From Candidatus Heimdallarchaeota archaeon (lineage in GTDB: Archaea > Asgardarchaeota > Heimdallarchaeia > Heimdallarchaeales > Heimdallarchaeaceae): a stretch of 64,000 nt of DNA. A program made the translations under genes and the position numbers. The notes under the pieces are model-generated. The model had not been told where the DNA came from. It saw only the letters and a list, made by a program, of their open reading frames with translations, and ran no database searches. The DNA lies in assembly GCA_018238545.1 (NCBI GenBank), contig JABCTC010000001.1, positions 64,001-128,000 of the forward strand, in the 5' to 3' direction. Of this stretch, positions 19,826 to 30,465 are shown one piece after another; position 1 is the stretch's first letter; every line of letters begins with the position of its first letter.

Positions 19826-20926
19826 TTAAGGTATGATTTCAGTAGTGTTATTATATTCAGGGTAATCGAATTGCTCTCTTTTTATAATGCTTTTCTCGAT
19901 TAGTTCTTCTACATCTTTTTTTATCCCTTTTAACTCTGAGATCAAATGTTTAACAGTTGTACAAACAAGGTTAAACCCTTCTTCACCCCATAGTTTATAC
20001 AAATTAGCAAATAAACATCTCCCTCCACACAAATCATAATCCTCACACTCTAGACAAGTATTTTCTATTTTGACAGAATTTCGTAATTCTTCTGGCTTAT
20101 TCTTTTTGATATCTCCAACTATAGTTTTTTCGAATTCAGGAGGGAGAGGACAAAAAGTTACAATTCCATCTGTGCGGATAGCAAAACTTCTCAATCCTGC
20201 TTCACACGGTAAATCTGTTTTGGTATTATTGAGTATGTTGCGAAAAACACCTAAGAATGGAACTATGCCTTTAACTTCTCCTGCTCTCATTTTTTCTAGC
20301 CAATATGAAACTAATTTTGTTATCCCTTCATTGTATTTTTTTACCCATGAAGGAAAATCTTTCCATCTTTCATTCATATTATAATCCCATTGACAATCTA
20401 GTTGCCAATGCACATGATCAAATGTTAAATCTTCATCATTTAATAAAAACAGAACATCAGTGTATATGTCAGAGACTTCAGAGACAGCCATACGTGCAAT
20501 TAGATCTCCGGTGAACCCCCTGCCTCGAATATCGGCGATATTGTGTTTAATCTTATCAAAAACACCTAATCCTCGGTTGGTTTCGGTAACATCCTTATCT
20601 CCGTCAATTGAAATGAGAATCGTTGACATTCTATTAAGGCTTTCAGTTTTTAACTTATGGAGCAAGATTCCATTTGTTTGCAAAGTAAAATGATTTGCAG
20701 AAATTTCACCCATAATGTTCTCTATAATCTCCATTTCTAGCAGTGGTTCTCCACCATAGAAAGCTATGTCAGGATCCTTATCAGTTGCTAAAAAATTCTT
20801 AAGTTCCTCTACATTCCAACTAGGTGTAACTGGTAAATCAGGATGAGGTTCATTAAGACAATATGCGCACCTTAGATTGCAATCATTTGAGGTGATTATG
20901 AACCAGTTCATTTTACCTTCAAACAA
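19826..20926 (-). CDS. radical SAM/SPASM protein (AF0577/TIGR04084-like)
   Basis: CNLRCAYC, FYGGEPL, SPASM cysteines CEAG..FCP..CLECEDYDLCGGRC. Confidence 0.8.
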   Translation of the reverse strand: MFEGKMNWFIITSNDCNLRCAYCLNEPHPDLPVTPSWNVEELKNFLATDKDPDIAFYGGEPLLEMEIIENIMGEISANHFTLQTNGILLHKLKTESLNRMSTILISIDGDKDVTETNRGLGVFDKIKHNIADIRGRGFTGDLIARMAVSEVSDIYTDVLFLLNDEDLTFDHVHWQLDCQWDYNMNERWKDFPSWVKKYNEGITKLVSYWLEKMRAGEVKGIVPFLGVFRNILNNTKTDLPCEAGLRSFAIRTDGIVTFCPLPPEFEKTIVGDIKKNKPEELRNSVKIENTCLECEDYDLCGGRCLFANLYKLWGEEGFNLVCTTVKHLISELKGIKKDVEELIEKSIIKREQFDYPEYNNTTEIIP

Positions 20927-20992
20927 GAAAAAGACTTGCCATATTAAAGTTCAATTGTGTGTAACAAAAAGAAAAAAAAAGAGAAAAAACGT

Positions 20993-21805
20993 TTATTCTA
21001 CTTTGGCACCACAATTAGTGCAGAACTTTTCCCCAACTTCTAAAGTTGATCCACAACTCATACAAAATGAAGTTGTTCTTGTTGGATCTTCACTTTGTAC
21101 TGGTTGAAAGGGTTGTTGCTGTACAGGTGTTTGATAAGTTGAATAGCTAGGTTGAGTGCTTGCTGGGGGAGCGTATGTAGATGGTGCATGGGTAGCTGGT
21201 GGTCTTGCAGGTTTAGTAATATTGTTTGAATTTTTAAATAATGTTCCTGCAAAACCCATTAACAATAGGGCATCAAGCCAGTCTGTAACATAATAAGCTA
21301 TATCTGCAAAAAGCCAGAAAATAAATGCTGATATTATGAATACTATTAGCATTACAAACTTAGTAAACCCATAAACCCATATTATTGGGCTATCTATTTG
21401 CCGGTTCATATTTTGAAATCCTTTGTTCACAACAACATAGGCTATACCTTTTATCAAAAATATCACTCCTATGATAAATAGGTCGATAAATACTCCTAAA
21501 GATGGTGAGTAGAAGTAAATTCCAAAGCCTATGATATAAACTAATAGTAAAACCACCCCTAAGATGAGTTTTCCATCCTTTTCAGTTTGTAGGTTATACA
21601 TCATTATGAGAACACCTAAGAATACAGCTACAGCAACTGCATTAGTTATATAGTATAACCAAGATATACTTGAAGAGTATATGATTTCATAGTTGAAAAA
21701 ATTTATAATGTTAACAATTGCATTAACTATGAAAACTCCTGCAGATACTTTCATCAATAATGAAACGTTATTTGATTTGTTAGAAATATCTGTATTTCCG
21801 TACAT
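20993..21805 (-). CDS. membrane protein with Pro/Gln linker and C-terminal zinc ribbon
   Basis: about 6 TMs; FCMSCG...KFCTNCG. Confidence 0.75.
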   Translation of the reverse strand: MYGNTDISNKSNNVSLLMKVSAGVFIVNAIVNIINFFNYEIIYSSSISWLYYITNAVAVAVFLGVLIMMYNLQTEKDGKLILGVVLLLVYIIGFGIYFYSPSLGVFIDLFIIGVIFLIKGIAYVVVNKGFQNMNRQIDSPIIWVYGFTKFVMLIVFIISAFIFWLFADIAYYVTDWLDALLLMGFAGTLFKNSNNITKPARPPATHAPSTYAPPASTQPSYSTYQTPVQQQPFQPVQSEDPTRTTSFCMSCGSTLEVGEKFCTNCGAKVE

Positions 21806-21850
21806 ATTTTTTCCTCAATTTTTTGAATCAACTTAATCAACAATTCAAAA

Positions 21851-22050
21851 CTATTTATAGTTTTTGCAAATTTTTGCTGAATATAGAACTCCGAGTATAC
21901 CAATAATTTTGAGTGCTATACCATTGTTGGAATTTCATGCTCTTGACCTAAATCTATCTTGATGAACTCTGAGGGGACTTTTGCTTATTTCACTTGATCT
22001 TAGCTAACTCTTCTTTTTCCGTTCTTTTGCATAATATTCATTAATATGAT
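21851..22050 (-). pseudogene. possible remnant of a PIN/DUF3368 toxin gene
   Basis: minus-strand fragment IALKIIGILGVLYSAK resembles the DUF3368 motif; interrupted by stops upstream. Confidence 0.35.
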
Positions 22051-22260
22051 TCTATGTTATTTCAACTTCTAAACTTCATAAATTAAAGAAATGCACAAAA
22101 TTGTTATATGACTTTCGTTGCCCTCTGCATACTATTTATATTAAGGGTAGTCACACGTTATATTAACTGGGGTTCAAATCAGTTTCACTAATTATCTACC
22201 TACAGTAGGTGAGATACTTAGAAGATTCATCGAGTGATAAACTCATAACACTAGCGGAAA

Positions 22261-23244
22261 GTGGACATATTGAAGATCCTTATTACATCTAAGAATGGAG
22301 AATTGCTCTATCAGTACGATAGCTTTAGTGAAAATAAAATTCACGATAATGCTTTGGTTACTAGTTTGATTAGTGCAATTGTTGCCCTCTCTTCCGAAGT
22401 AGTAAATTCTTTTCCACGTGAAATAGAGTTTGAGGGAAAAATACTCTATTTCTATACAGAAAATGAGTTAATTGTTGCTCTTCTTGTTAATATTGAAGCC
22501 CCATTCAATGGAGATATTCTTCCAATTCTTCTCGCAGAATTCAAGAAAGTCCAAGAGCAGTACAATTTCAGTATTTATCAGGCTATCAAGTATGAAGAGG
22601 AAGTTTCAATAGAAATAAAATCTGCTCTTGCTGAATATTTATCTAATATGCAAAAAAACATGCTAAATGTTTTTGAGAAAACTGATTTAACTGATTATAA
22701 GTCTTTGATCAAGTTGAAAAATGTCGCGAAAGACTTGATGTTTGATGGGTCAAGAGAGTTTCTGTCATTTGAAATTATATCTCGTATAGTTCCTGAAGGT
22801 CTAGATAAAGTACTCTATGGTCTAATTGTAGGAATTCCAGTTATAGTTGTAGGAAATCGAAACCTTGTTGAGCCAATGATTCATTCTTTACGTCTTCTTT
22901 CTCCAACCAAACTACTAAATGTCAAGCCATGGTCTTTCAAATATGAAATTGGCTATGACATTATTGGAACAAATGATTACGATAAGCTTTTACCTTCAAG
23001 TACATTGGTCATTATCAACATTGATGAAGGGATCGTTTTTGGAGGACACTCGTCAGCATATTTTGAAGATGTAATTAAACAGATTTCAAATCTGAATGCT
23101 GTAGAAGCTTTTACATTTCTAAGAACAGAGTTAGATTGGGTCTTTCAATCTCTGGAATCATTATCTATTCGTAGTCACTCTAAAGATACTCTTCCCCTGG
23201 AAAAACAAATGATTCTTTTTGAATTACTTAAACGCCTTCATTGA
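22261..23244 (+). CDS. longin-domain + DENN-like protein
   Basis: ILITSKNGELLY...LVTSLISAI longin pattern; GLDKVLYGLIVGIPVIVVG; paralog of 3282..4334. Confidence 0.65.
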   Translation: MDILKILITSKNGELLYQYDSFSENKIHDNALVTSLISAIVALSSEVVNSFPREIEFEGKILYFYTENELIVALLVNIEAPFNGDILPILLAEFKKVQEQYNFSIYQAIKYEEEVSIEIKSALAEYLSNMQKNMLNVFEKTDLTDYKSLIKLKNVAKDLMFDGSREFLSFEIISRIVPEGLDKVLYGLIVGIPVIVVGNRNLVEPMIHSLRLLSPTKLLNVKPWSFKYEIGYDIIGTNDYDKLLPSSTLVIINIDEGIVFGGHSSAYFEDVIKQISNLNAVEAFTFLRTELDWVFQSLESLSIRSHSKDTLPLEKQMILFELLKRLH

Positions 23245-23304
23245 TTTGTTTCTTCACAAAATAGTGAAGTTTATAATGTTCCATACAAATGAGCATTTAG
23301 TTCT

Positions 23305-23628
23305 ATGAGTTCCTCTGAGCAAAAAAATGAAAAATCTAGATTAGATTGGATAAGATTCAAGAAACATTCTTTAGTAGGAAAAATAATTTTTGTAAGTACA
23401 GTTTGCTTTTTTGGTGTATTGTTGCTATTCAACTTCTTTACTTTGCTCTATGGGAGGTGGACAGAATTAGGCATATATTCAGTTTGGCTTCTCTTTGGAT
23501 GGCTATTCTTCTCTGTATTGATCTACATTAGTTTTAGGATAATTTCAATGGTTATGACCAAAGGTAGCAAAGAGATCAAAGAACTGGAAAATTTACCTCC
23601 TGAAGAAAGTATACAGAATAAAAAGTGA
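23305..23628 (+). CDS. small 2-TM membrane protein
   Basis: two TMs; first of three overlapping small ORFs. Confidence 0.65.
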   Translation: MSSSEQKNEKSRLDWIRFKKHSLVGKIIFVSTVCFFGVLLLFNFFTLLYGRWTELGIYSVWLLFGWLFFSVLIYISFRIISMVMTKGSKEIKELENLPPEESIQNKK

Positions 23629-23942
23629 TCAAATTGACAGTGTGGAATGTACAACGCCAGCATAGCAAACTCTATCTGATTGTAATCGGATCAATTTATG
23701 TATTGCTTGTAGCTGCAATCATAGTTCTAGCCTCTATTGCAAACGATTGGTTATTCTGGATATTTGCCTCTCTAACAAACATAGCTATTATTGCAATCGG
23801 TGTGAAACGATTCATCAAGATATTGAAACCTAGAGTAGTTAGTGTTCCCTTGGGAGAAACTTTATCATATAGAACCACTACTCTAGAAAATGAGAATAAG
23901 GTAGAGAAAACTGAGAGTAATAAAGATGGAGAAAACAAATAA
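23625..23942 (+). CDS. small 2-TM membrane protein
   Basis: two TMs; GTGA overlap with the upstream gene. Confidence 0.65.
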   Translation: MIKLTVWNVQRQHSKLYLIVIGSIYVLLVAAIIVLASIANDWLFWIFASLTNIAIIAIGVKRFIKILKPRVVSVPLGETLSYRTTTLENENKVEKTESNKDGENK

Positions 23943-24180
23943 GGCAAGCGTTTCGCGAGTCTCAACAATCTCAAGTTTTGTCATGTTGTTTGGTACATTT
24001 GGTATAATATTTCTACTTGCATTTATAGAATCAATCACTGTGGATTGGTATCCCGAAATTTGGGGTGTTATCTTCATTTTGTTAACTTTTGGATTCAGTT
24101 TGTCTTATATTGTGTGCCAAAAAATTCTTGGAAGGGCAGCAAAGAATACGCCTGAGGAACCAAAACAAAACAACATCTAA
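23926..24180 (+). CDS. small 2-TM membrane protein
   Basis: two TMs; overlaps the upstream gene. Confidence 0.6.
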   Translation: MEKTNKASVSRVSTISSFVMLFGTFGIIFLLAFIESITVDWYPEIWGVIFILLTFGFSLSYIVCQKILGRAAKNTPEEPKQNNI

Positions 24181-24236
24181 CACGTATTCGAACAGTCTTA
24201 CCCAGCTTTAAATATTATGCAGAGCATATTTTTGTA

Positions 24237-24485
24237 ATGGGGACTTCCGACAATATGCGTGATAGTAGAATATTTGAGAAATCTATCCCCTTGATTCGTA
24301 GATGTATGAAAGAGAAAGTTAGTGTCTCTCTTCTTTTGTCAACACTAAAATTAATGGATATGGGACTTATTAAGGAAGTCGAAGATTTGAACAGTTTTAT
24401 GGAAAAAAGAGTAGAGATAAATCCCAATCGTGTACATGATGTGGAAAAAATCAAGGGTATGATTGTTCATCGCTATTTTGAATGA
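24237..24485 (+). CDS. small hypothetical protein
   Basis: 82-aa ORF with normal composition. Confidence 0.55.
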   Translation: MGTSDNMRDSRIFEKSIPLIRRCMKEKVSVSLLLSTLKLMDMGLIKEVEDLNSFMEKRVEINPNRVHDVEKIKGMIVHRYFE

Positions 24486-25852
24486 TTTTTCATTCTTTCA
24501 TAAAGAACTTTTGCTGCAAAAGCTGCTTCTCTTGGAGAAAGAAATATAGGTGCTTTCTCTTTCTCTGCAAACCCTTTTATCGCTTCAAGTATTGCCCCAC
24601 TCATAAATATTGGGAAGATAGGTTTTTTTCTACCAGTCTCATTCCAGGCTTTTATTACTCCTTTGTAGTGTTCGTCTGGCTTCATTTCTAAAAATGTAGG
24701 TATAACACAACATGGAACAACAATGTCAATATTTGGATCTTCTAGCATTGCTTTTGTAACTTGATAATACCCTTCCCCACTTGCTCCAGCAATCATATCG
24801 AGCGGATTAACCTTTTTTACCAAAGGAATCACATGAGGATTAATTTTTTGTTTAAACTCCTCAGAGAATTCAACAAGTTCTAACCCCATTTCTTCAGAGT
24901 GATCACTGAACAAAACAGCTGACCCACCTGAATTAGTTAAAACACCAATTTTTCCTCCCAGAGGTTCAGGTAGGAATGAGAAAGCCTTTATCGCTGCAAT
25001 GTAATCACCTAAGCTTTCGCATAAAGTAGCTCCAGCTTGTTTAACAGCTGTTTTAAGAGAGTTATAGTCAGTTGCAATTGAACCTGTATGGCTGCTTGCA
25101 CTTTTCATTCCCGCAACTGTTCTACCTCCTTTGAGGACTACTGTTGGTTTCTTAGCTGCAAGCTTAACAAGCTTATTGTAAAACGCTCTACCATCAATAA
25201 CATTTTCGAGATAAACAGTAACAACTTTAGTGTTCTCATCATCGATAAAATACTGGAGAAGATCTGTAAGGTTAACATCTATCATGTTGCCTAGATTGGC
25301 AAATTTGGAAAAACCTAATCCTTGCCACCACATTTCATAGAGAATCGCTGCTCCGAAAGAACCTGATTGTGTTACTATACTCACATTGCCTTCAATCGGC
25401 GTTTGAACAAAAGAAGCATTCATACCGATGTCAATATTTTGAATTCCAACGCAATTGGGACCAATCAATCTCATACCTGCATCCAAACTTCTGCGTTTTA
25501 TCTCTTGTTCAATTCTTTTACCTTCCTCGTTTATCTCTCCAAATCCTGCTGATACGATAATAACCCGTTTAACTTTTTTCTCAATGCATTGATCAATAAC
25601 AATCGGAACAGCTTTAGAAGGTACTAAAATAATGGCAAGATCTATATCTTTCTCAACATCCAATACAGATGGGTAACATTTTAACCCGAAAATTTCTGTT
25701 GCTTTTGGGTTGATTGGATAGATTTTTGCTTCCAATTTATCATTTTCTAATAAGTTTGCTGTCACTGCATTACCAAATTTTTTTGGGTCGCTTGTAGCTC
25801 CAATAATTGCTATGGATTTAGGATAAAAGAATTGATGAACCATCTTAATCAA
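24473..25852 (-). CDS. acdA: acetate/acyl-CoA ligase (ADP-forming) alpha subunit
   Basis: PKSIAIIGAT, IGPNCVG, TQSGS, ASSHTGSIA phospho-His motif, TNSGG, NPLD. Confidence 0.88.
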   Translation of the reverse strand: MIKMVHQFFYPKSIAIIGATSDPKKFGNAVTANLLENDKLEAKIYPINPKATEIFGLKCYPSVLDVEKDIDLAIILVPSKAVPIVIDQCIEKKVKRVIIVSAGFGEINEEGKRIEQEIKRRSLDAGMRLIGPNCVGIQNIDIGMNASFVQTPIEGNVSIVTQSGSFGAAILYEMWWQGLGFSKFANLGNMIDVNLTDLLQYFIDDENTKVVTVYLENVIDGRAFYNKLVKLAAKKPTVVLKGGRTVAGMKSASSHTGSIATDYNSLKTAVKQAGATLCESLGDYIAAIKAFSFLPEPLGGKIGVLTNSGGSAVLFSDHSEEMGLELVEFSEEFKQKINPHVIPLVKKVNPLDMIAGASGEGYYQVTKAMLEDPNIDIVVPCCVIPTFLEMKPDEHYKGVIKAWNETGRKKPIFPIFMSGAILEAIKGFAEKEKAPIFLSPREAAFAAKVLYERMKNHSK

Positions 25853-25909
25853 TTAGAAGTTATTACCTAACTTTTATGTTTTTCTCTTCCATCTGAAAAT
25901 AGAATGTGA

Positions 25910-26866
25910 TTATTTGAATCCCTTTTGTATGACATATTCGGACAAATCAATATTCAACACTTGAACTACTATACTTTCTAACATGGTAAAATCTTCCATA
26001 GGTTGTACCAACTCGTTTAGTACTTCAATTTCTCTTCTAGCTTCATGTTGACTTTCATCTTTTGCAATAATCATCGAGTAGATATACTGATCATCTGTCT
26101 TAATTATGTACTTATAATCACCAGAAACCATGTATTGCAACATCCCTGTTTTCCCAAATAACCTTTGACTAAAACTTTCAATTGCAGCTAGAAATCCTGC
26201 TAATAAAGAAGGATCTTCCTCAAGCCCAATTTTGTCAATCTCAAGCAGAGGAAAACCATCAATATCTGCAATCATAAACATAAGTGGGTCTATTTTTCTT
26301 TTTGTAGCAAGTTTTGCGGTGTTATTCTTTAACCAGTTTAGAGCATTATGTACATTTTCACCAGTTTTCATGCTAGTTTTAAAAAATTGATAGGAAGCAT
26401 TTTCTTTCTTTGCTAAATTATACAAACCCAAGTGATTTATAATCGATTCTAGGTCTAGACTTTCCTTTAAATCTGCTTTATTGCATAAGAACAAGATTAA
26501 GAATTCATCACGATTATCTTTGAGATCGACAATTCGCCAAAATTCTTCTTTAGCTTCATCAAAACTCTCTGGGTCAGCTGAATCTATCATGAATACTAAA
26601 CCATAAGCTAATTTTACATAAGATTCCCAAATTGTTTTTCGATAAGATATATGACCTCCAAGATCGAAAATATCAAATCTTGCATCTCCTATGTCTGTAG
26701 TTTCGAATTGCAAACCCATTGTAGGTTTGGTTTCCTCGAATTTACCAGTCATTATTCGCTTAACAAACGAAGATTTTCCTGCTTGAGATAAACCTATTAC
26801 AACTAATGGGATGCCTTTCTTATCAAATTTCATCGCAGTAGGTGCATTCTTCATCTTATCTAACAA
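25910..26866 (-). CDS. Arf-like small GTPase with C-terminal longin domain
   Basis: GLSQAGKSS (G1), PTMG (G2), DLGG (G3), NKAD (G4), TSMK (G5); C-terminal FMIADIDGFPL...LLAGFLAAIESF. Confidence 0.85.
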   Translation of the reverse strand: MLDKMKNAPTAMKFDKKGIPLVVIGLSQAGKSSFVKRIMTGKFEETKPTMGLQFETTDIGDARFDIFDLGGHISYRKTIWESYVKLAYGLVFMIDSADPESFDEAKEEFWRIVDLKDNRDEFLILFLCNKADLKESLDLESIINHLGLYNLAKKENASYQFFKTSMKTGENVHNALNWLKNNTAKLATKRKIDPLMFMIADIDGFPLLEIDKIGLEEDPSLLAGFLAAIESFSQRLFGKTGMLQYMVSGDYKYIIKTDDQYIYSMIIAKDESQHEARREIEVLNELVQPMEDFTMLESIVVQVLNIDLSEYVIQKGFK

Positions 26867-27082
26867 CTTCCCTTTCAGACATACTTTTATTTCTATTGAT
26901 ATTATTCGTTAGTACAAAATAAAGTTATCTTAATTTGCAATTAGTTTGTTCTTTAATATAAAAAGAAAATTCATTAAAGAAAAACTGAAACAAAGGTATT
27001 AGCTCTCTAAATCACAAATCAATTTTGTCGGTATTTACACCGTGTAAGTTTTGAGGAAAGAGATATATACAACATTTCACTA

Positions 27083-29866
27083 TTGTATGCTGTACTCGCT
27101 GATAGGGTGTGTAAGAATATGAATAGACAGAATTTAATGAAAACAACTTTCATTATTCTACTTTTGACACTTTCTATGATTGGGGTTTCTAATCAAGCTG
27201 CTCAAGCTCTAAATTACACTCAAGACCCCTCTACTGAAGAAGTGCAACAAGTAGCAACTGAACCGGCACAAGATCAAATAGGATTGCAAGACGCGGCTGA
27301 TACAATTGAAATCTGGATTGTGCAAGATTTTGTGATAACGGTATATGATTTGGCATTGATGGAATGTCATGTGCTAAGTCTTTATGGAATTGAAATTGAA
27401 GCGGATATAGAAGTATGGATACAATATGACAATGGTAGTGTTTTCCTTATCTATCAAGAATCAAGAATACTGTTTCCTTACTTGGAATATATCTTTAATG
27501 TAAATCATACTTTCACGTTAGTAGGTTTCCATTTAGTTAATCTCAAAGTAATGGATATAACAAATAATCAAGAAGTTACAACAGAGTGCCAATGGGAAGT
27601 TATTGATGGTTACGTAGAACTAGCTATTATTCAAGACTACGAAGCTCAAGTCGGAATAGAGGTTAAGATGGAATTTTATATCTATAATGGGTATCCAGTA
27701 GCAAGGGAATATTTCATTGAAGTATTTCTTGATGATGGTTCGGGTCCAATACAAATACATATTGAAACGACAATTATTGCAGCATATGATGTACTGATAA
27801 TAGTAGTTTACTGGACCTTTTCTGTAGCGGGATATTATGAGGTAATGCTAAGAGTTGCTGATGTACCTGAAACAAATGAATGGTTTTCTTATTGCCACTG
27901 GGAGGTTATGGATGGTTTCATAGATATAATAATTGAGCAAAATTATGAAGCATGGATTGGCATTGAGGAAAGGATACAGTTCTGGGTTTACAACTACTAT
28001 GCTATCGATATTACTGCTGACATCTCTGTTTGGATTGACAACGGAACACATGTAATTCAGATATGTTCTAGAACGGATGTAGTAATATATGCTGGAACGT
28101 ATTTTGTGGATGAAATTTTCTACACATTCATCTATGAAGGATTCTGGGAACTTTATGTAGAAGTTTTTGTAATTGAACTCGATATTACGTGGATAGAATT
28201 TTGTCCAGAAGGATGGTATGTTTATGGTGGGTTCATAGATGTTTGGATCTACCAACGGTACGAAGTTTTCATTCTTGAAGAAGCTATAATGTATTGTTGG
28301 GTCATAAGTAATTACGCAGTTGATCGTGATATAGCTATTGAAGTGTGGATAAGTAATGCAACGCATAACATCTTGATATATGGAGAAACTATGGTTATTA
28401 CTCCTGGAGAAATGTATAACTTCACGGTATTTTGGACGTTCTTTTACGTGGATTATTGGGATGTAAAACTAGTTGTTATTGATTTATTCTCAGGAGAGCT
28501 GTATGTTGACTACTGTTATTGGTATGTTTATGGAGGATATTTTGATCTCTATATTTACCAAGAATACTATGGATTAATCTCTGAAGATCTCTGGATGAGA
28601 TTTGAGATATATAATTACTACGAAGTAGATAAGACCGTAGAAATTGAAATACTCATCTTCGATGGTGTAAATTATGTTCAAGTGTATTATATTGTGGACA
28701 TTGTCAACTCACTTACATTTTGGATCTTGGATCTTTGTTACATATTTGAAGCCGCTGGATATTATGACGTGATACTAATTGTGACGGAAGTGGATACGGG
28801 AGAAGTGTGGATAGAATATTGTTGGTGGTACATCTATGCTGAATATCTAGATATCTGGATTGTCCAAGATATGGAAGCTTCAGTTGGTGAAGAGGTCCTT
28901 ATGGAATTCTGGATAGTAAACTACTACTCAATTGAAATGGATTTGACAGTTCAAGTATGGATAAATGATGGAACGGATAATGTCTTAGTTTATACTGACA
29001 CCTCGGTGATAATTGCAGCTAATGGTATTTACTCATTCACGTTGCCTTATACATTCTTATACGCAGGATTTTACACCATAACCTTAATTGTAATAGATGT
29101 AACAGGTGCTCAATGGTTTGAATACTGTAGATGGGATGTCTATGATGGATTCATTGATGTCTGGATAATTCAAGACTATGAAGCTGTTGTAGGACAAGAA
29201 GTATGGATGGTATTCTACGCACAGAGTTACTATGGATATGATGTACCCATCTATATAGAAGTGAGAATAGACACGGGATACGGAATTATAATACTTTATT
29301 CAGACACCTTAGATATACTAGCTGGTCAACTACTAATGTGGAATCTAAGTTATATATTCTTGGACCCAGGAATATTCCAAATCTACTTTGTAATTGTTGA
29401 ATTACAAACGGGTAATGTTTGGACTGCAGAATGTCGCTGGTATATCCACGATGATGGCTGGTTAGACATATGGATTGAACAAGGCTTCTATGGAGAAGTA
29501 GGAATAAACTATACTATGCAGTTTGGTGTGGGTAATCTGTTCTCAATAGATAAGAATCTGAATCTTGTAGTAAAAATAGTTCAAGGAGCTGACTCTTGGA
29601 TAGCGCATAATGAAACGAAATTGGTATTATCGATGACAACCTATGACTTCTACGTCTATTGGGTATTTGTGAACGAAGGTTGGTATGACGTTTACTTCAT
29701 AGTTACTGATGTCACCACTGGAACCGTTAAAATAGTTGATTGCTGGTGGAAGATCGAGAAACCCGTTATACCTGAATTCGGTGTCATAACTCTATTACCG
29801 TTACTAGGCGCTCTTTCTGCAGCGGTTTATTTAGCATTCAGAAGGAAAAGAAAACTAACTCACTAA
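27083..29866 (+). CDS. surface protein with about eight ~100-aa Ig-like repeats and a PEF-CTERM sorting signal (start probably 27119 or 27137)
   Basis: repeat unit [IDVWIxQDYEA...GYYDV.LxVxD...W.ExCxW]; C-terminal IPEFG + TM + RRKRK. Confidence 0.8.
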   Translation: MYAVLADRVCKNMNRQNLMKTTFIILLLTLSMIGVSNQAAQALNYTQDPSTEEVQQVATEPAQDQIGLQDAADTIEIWIVQDFVITVYDLALMECHVLSLYGIEIEADIEVWIQYDNGSVFLIYQESRILFPYLEYIFNVNHTFTLVGFHLVNLKVMDITNNQEVTTECQWEVIDGYVELAIIQDYEAQVGIEVKMEFYIYNGYPVAREYFIEVFLDDGSGPIQIHIETTIIAAYDVLIIVVYWTFSVAGYYEVMLRVADVPETNEWFSYCHWEVMDGFIDIIIEQNYEAWIGIEERIQFWVYNYYAIDITADISVWIDNGTHVIQICSRTDVVIYAGTYFVDEIFYTFIYEGFWELYVEVFVIELDITWIEFCPEGWYVYGGFIDVWIYQRYEVFILEEAIMYCWVISNYAVDRDIAIEVWISNATHNILIYGETMVITPGEMYNFTVFWTFFYVDYWDVKLVVIDLFSGELYVDYCYWYVYGGYFDLYIYQEYYGLISEDLWMRFEIYNYYEVDKTVEIEILIFDGVNYVQVYYIVDIVNSLTFWILDLCYIFEAAGYYDVILIVTEVDTGEVWIEYCWWYIYAEYLDIWIVQDMEASVGEEVLMEFWIVNYYSIEMDLTVQVWINDGTDNVLVYTDTSVIIAANGIYSFTLPYTFLYAGFYTITLIVIDVTGAQWFEYCRWDVYDGFIDVWIIQDYEAVVGQEVWMVFYAQSYYGYDVPIYIEVRIDTGYGIIILYSDTLDILAGQLLMWNLSYIFLDPGIFQIYFVIVELQTGNVWTAECRWYIHDDGWLDIWIEQGFYGEVGINYTMQFGVGNLFSIDKNLNLVVKIVQGADSWIAHNETKLVLSMTTYDFYVYWVFVNEGWYDVYFIVTDVTTGTVKIVDCWWKIEKPVIPEFGVITLLPLLGALSAAVYLAFRRKRKLTH

Positions 29867-29915
29867 TCTCTTTTTCTTTTTTTCTTTTTTATTTTAATAA
29901 TTTCTAATACCATTG

Positions 29916-29997
29916 CAATAGATCTTTAAAATTCGTTTTTCGCTTGATTCTATCTTATATGGCGGACTAAAATGATAAGATTTTTTGTAACAGGATC
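29916..29997 (+). repeat. diverged direct repeat of the promoter and first 9 codons of gene 30892..31848 (other copy 30836-30917)
   Basis: 82-nt ungapped match with 11 mismatches; MIRFFVTGS versus MKKYFVTGS. Confidence 0.9.
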
Positions 29998-30138
29998 TTG
30001 AAGAAGTGTAAGTAATTCTTCAAATGTAGGTTCTTCCTCTTCTTTCCACATAGCGAACAATTTTTCTTTCACAGTTTATAACTATTATTCAGATTCTATT
30101 AAGTGAAAGAATTTTTATATTAAGATTGTGAGTAGAAG

Positions 30139-30465
30139 ATGATTAGATTGACAACCATTGAATCAAAAGAAGATGATAAGGTTACTCTTTATCTAGAAAC
30201 TTTAAGGAAATATCAAGAAGAAATCGAACAAAAGTTCAAAGTTAACTATCTAGGTATTTTTGGTTCATTTGTTAGGTCCGAGCAGAAAGAATGTAGTGAT
30301 ATTGATATTTTAGTTGAATTCTTTGAAACTCCTAGTCTATTTCAATTTATTCGATTAGAAAACTACTTGAGTGAAATACTAGAAATAAAAGTAGATTTGG
30401 TAATGAAAGAAGCTCTCAAACACAACATAGGAAAGAGGATTCTCAAGGAGGTTATAGAAGTATGA
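30139..30465 (+). CDS. minimal nucleotidyltransferase (MNT) antitoxin
   Basis: IFGSFVRSEQKECSDIDILVEF, KVDLV. Confidence 0.9.
   Translation: MIRLTTIESKEDDKVTLYLETLRKYQEEIEQKFKVNYLGIFGSFVRSEQKECSDIDILVEFFETPSLFQFIRLENYLSEILEIKVDLVMKEALKHNIGKRILKEVIEV

Noticed and set aside
21966-21974. 9-nt match (CTCAGAGTT) to the putative TnpB guide
   Set aside because: Too short to be distinguished from chance.
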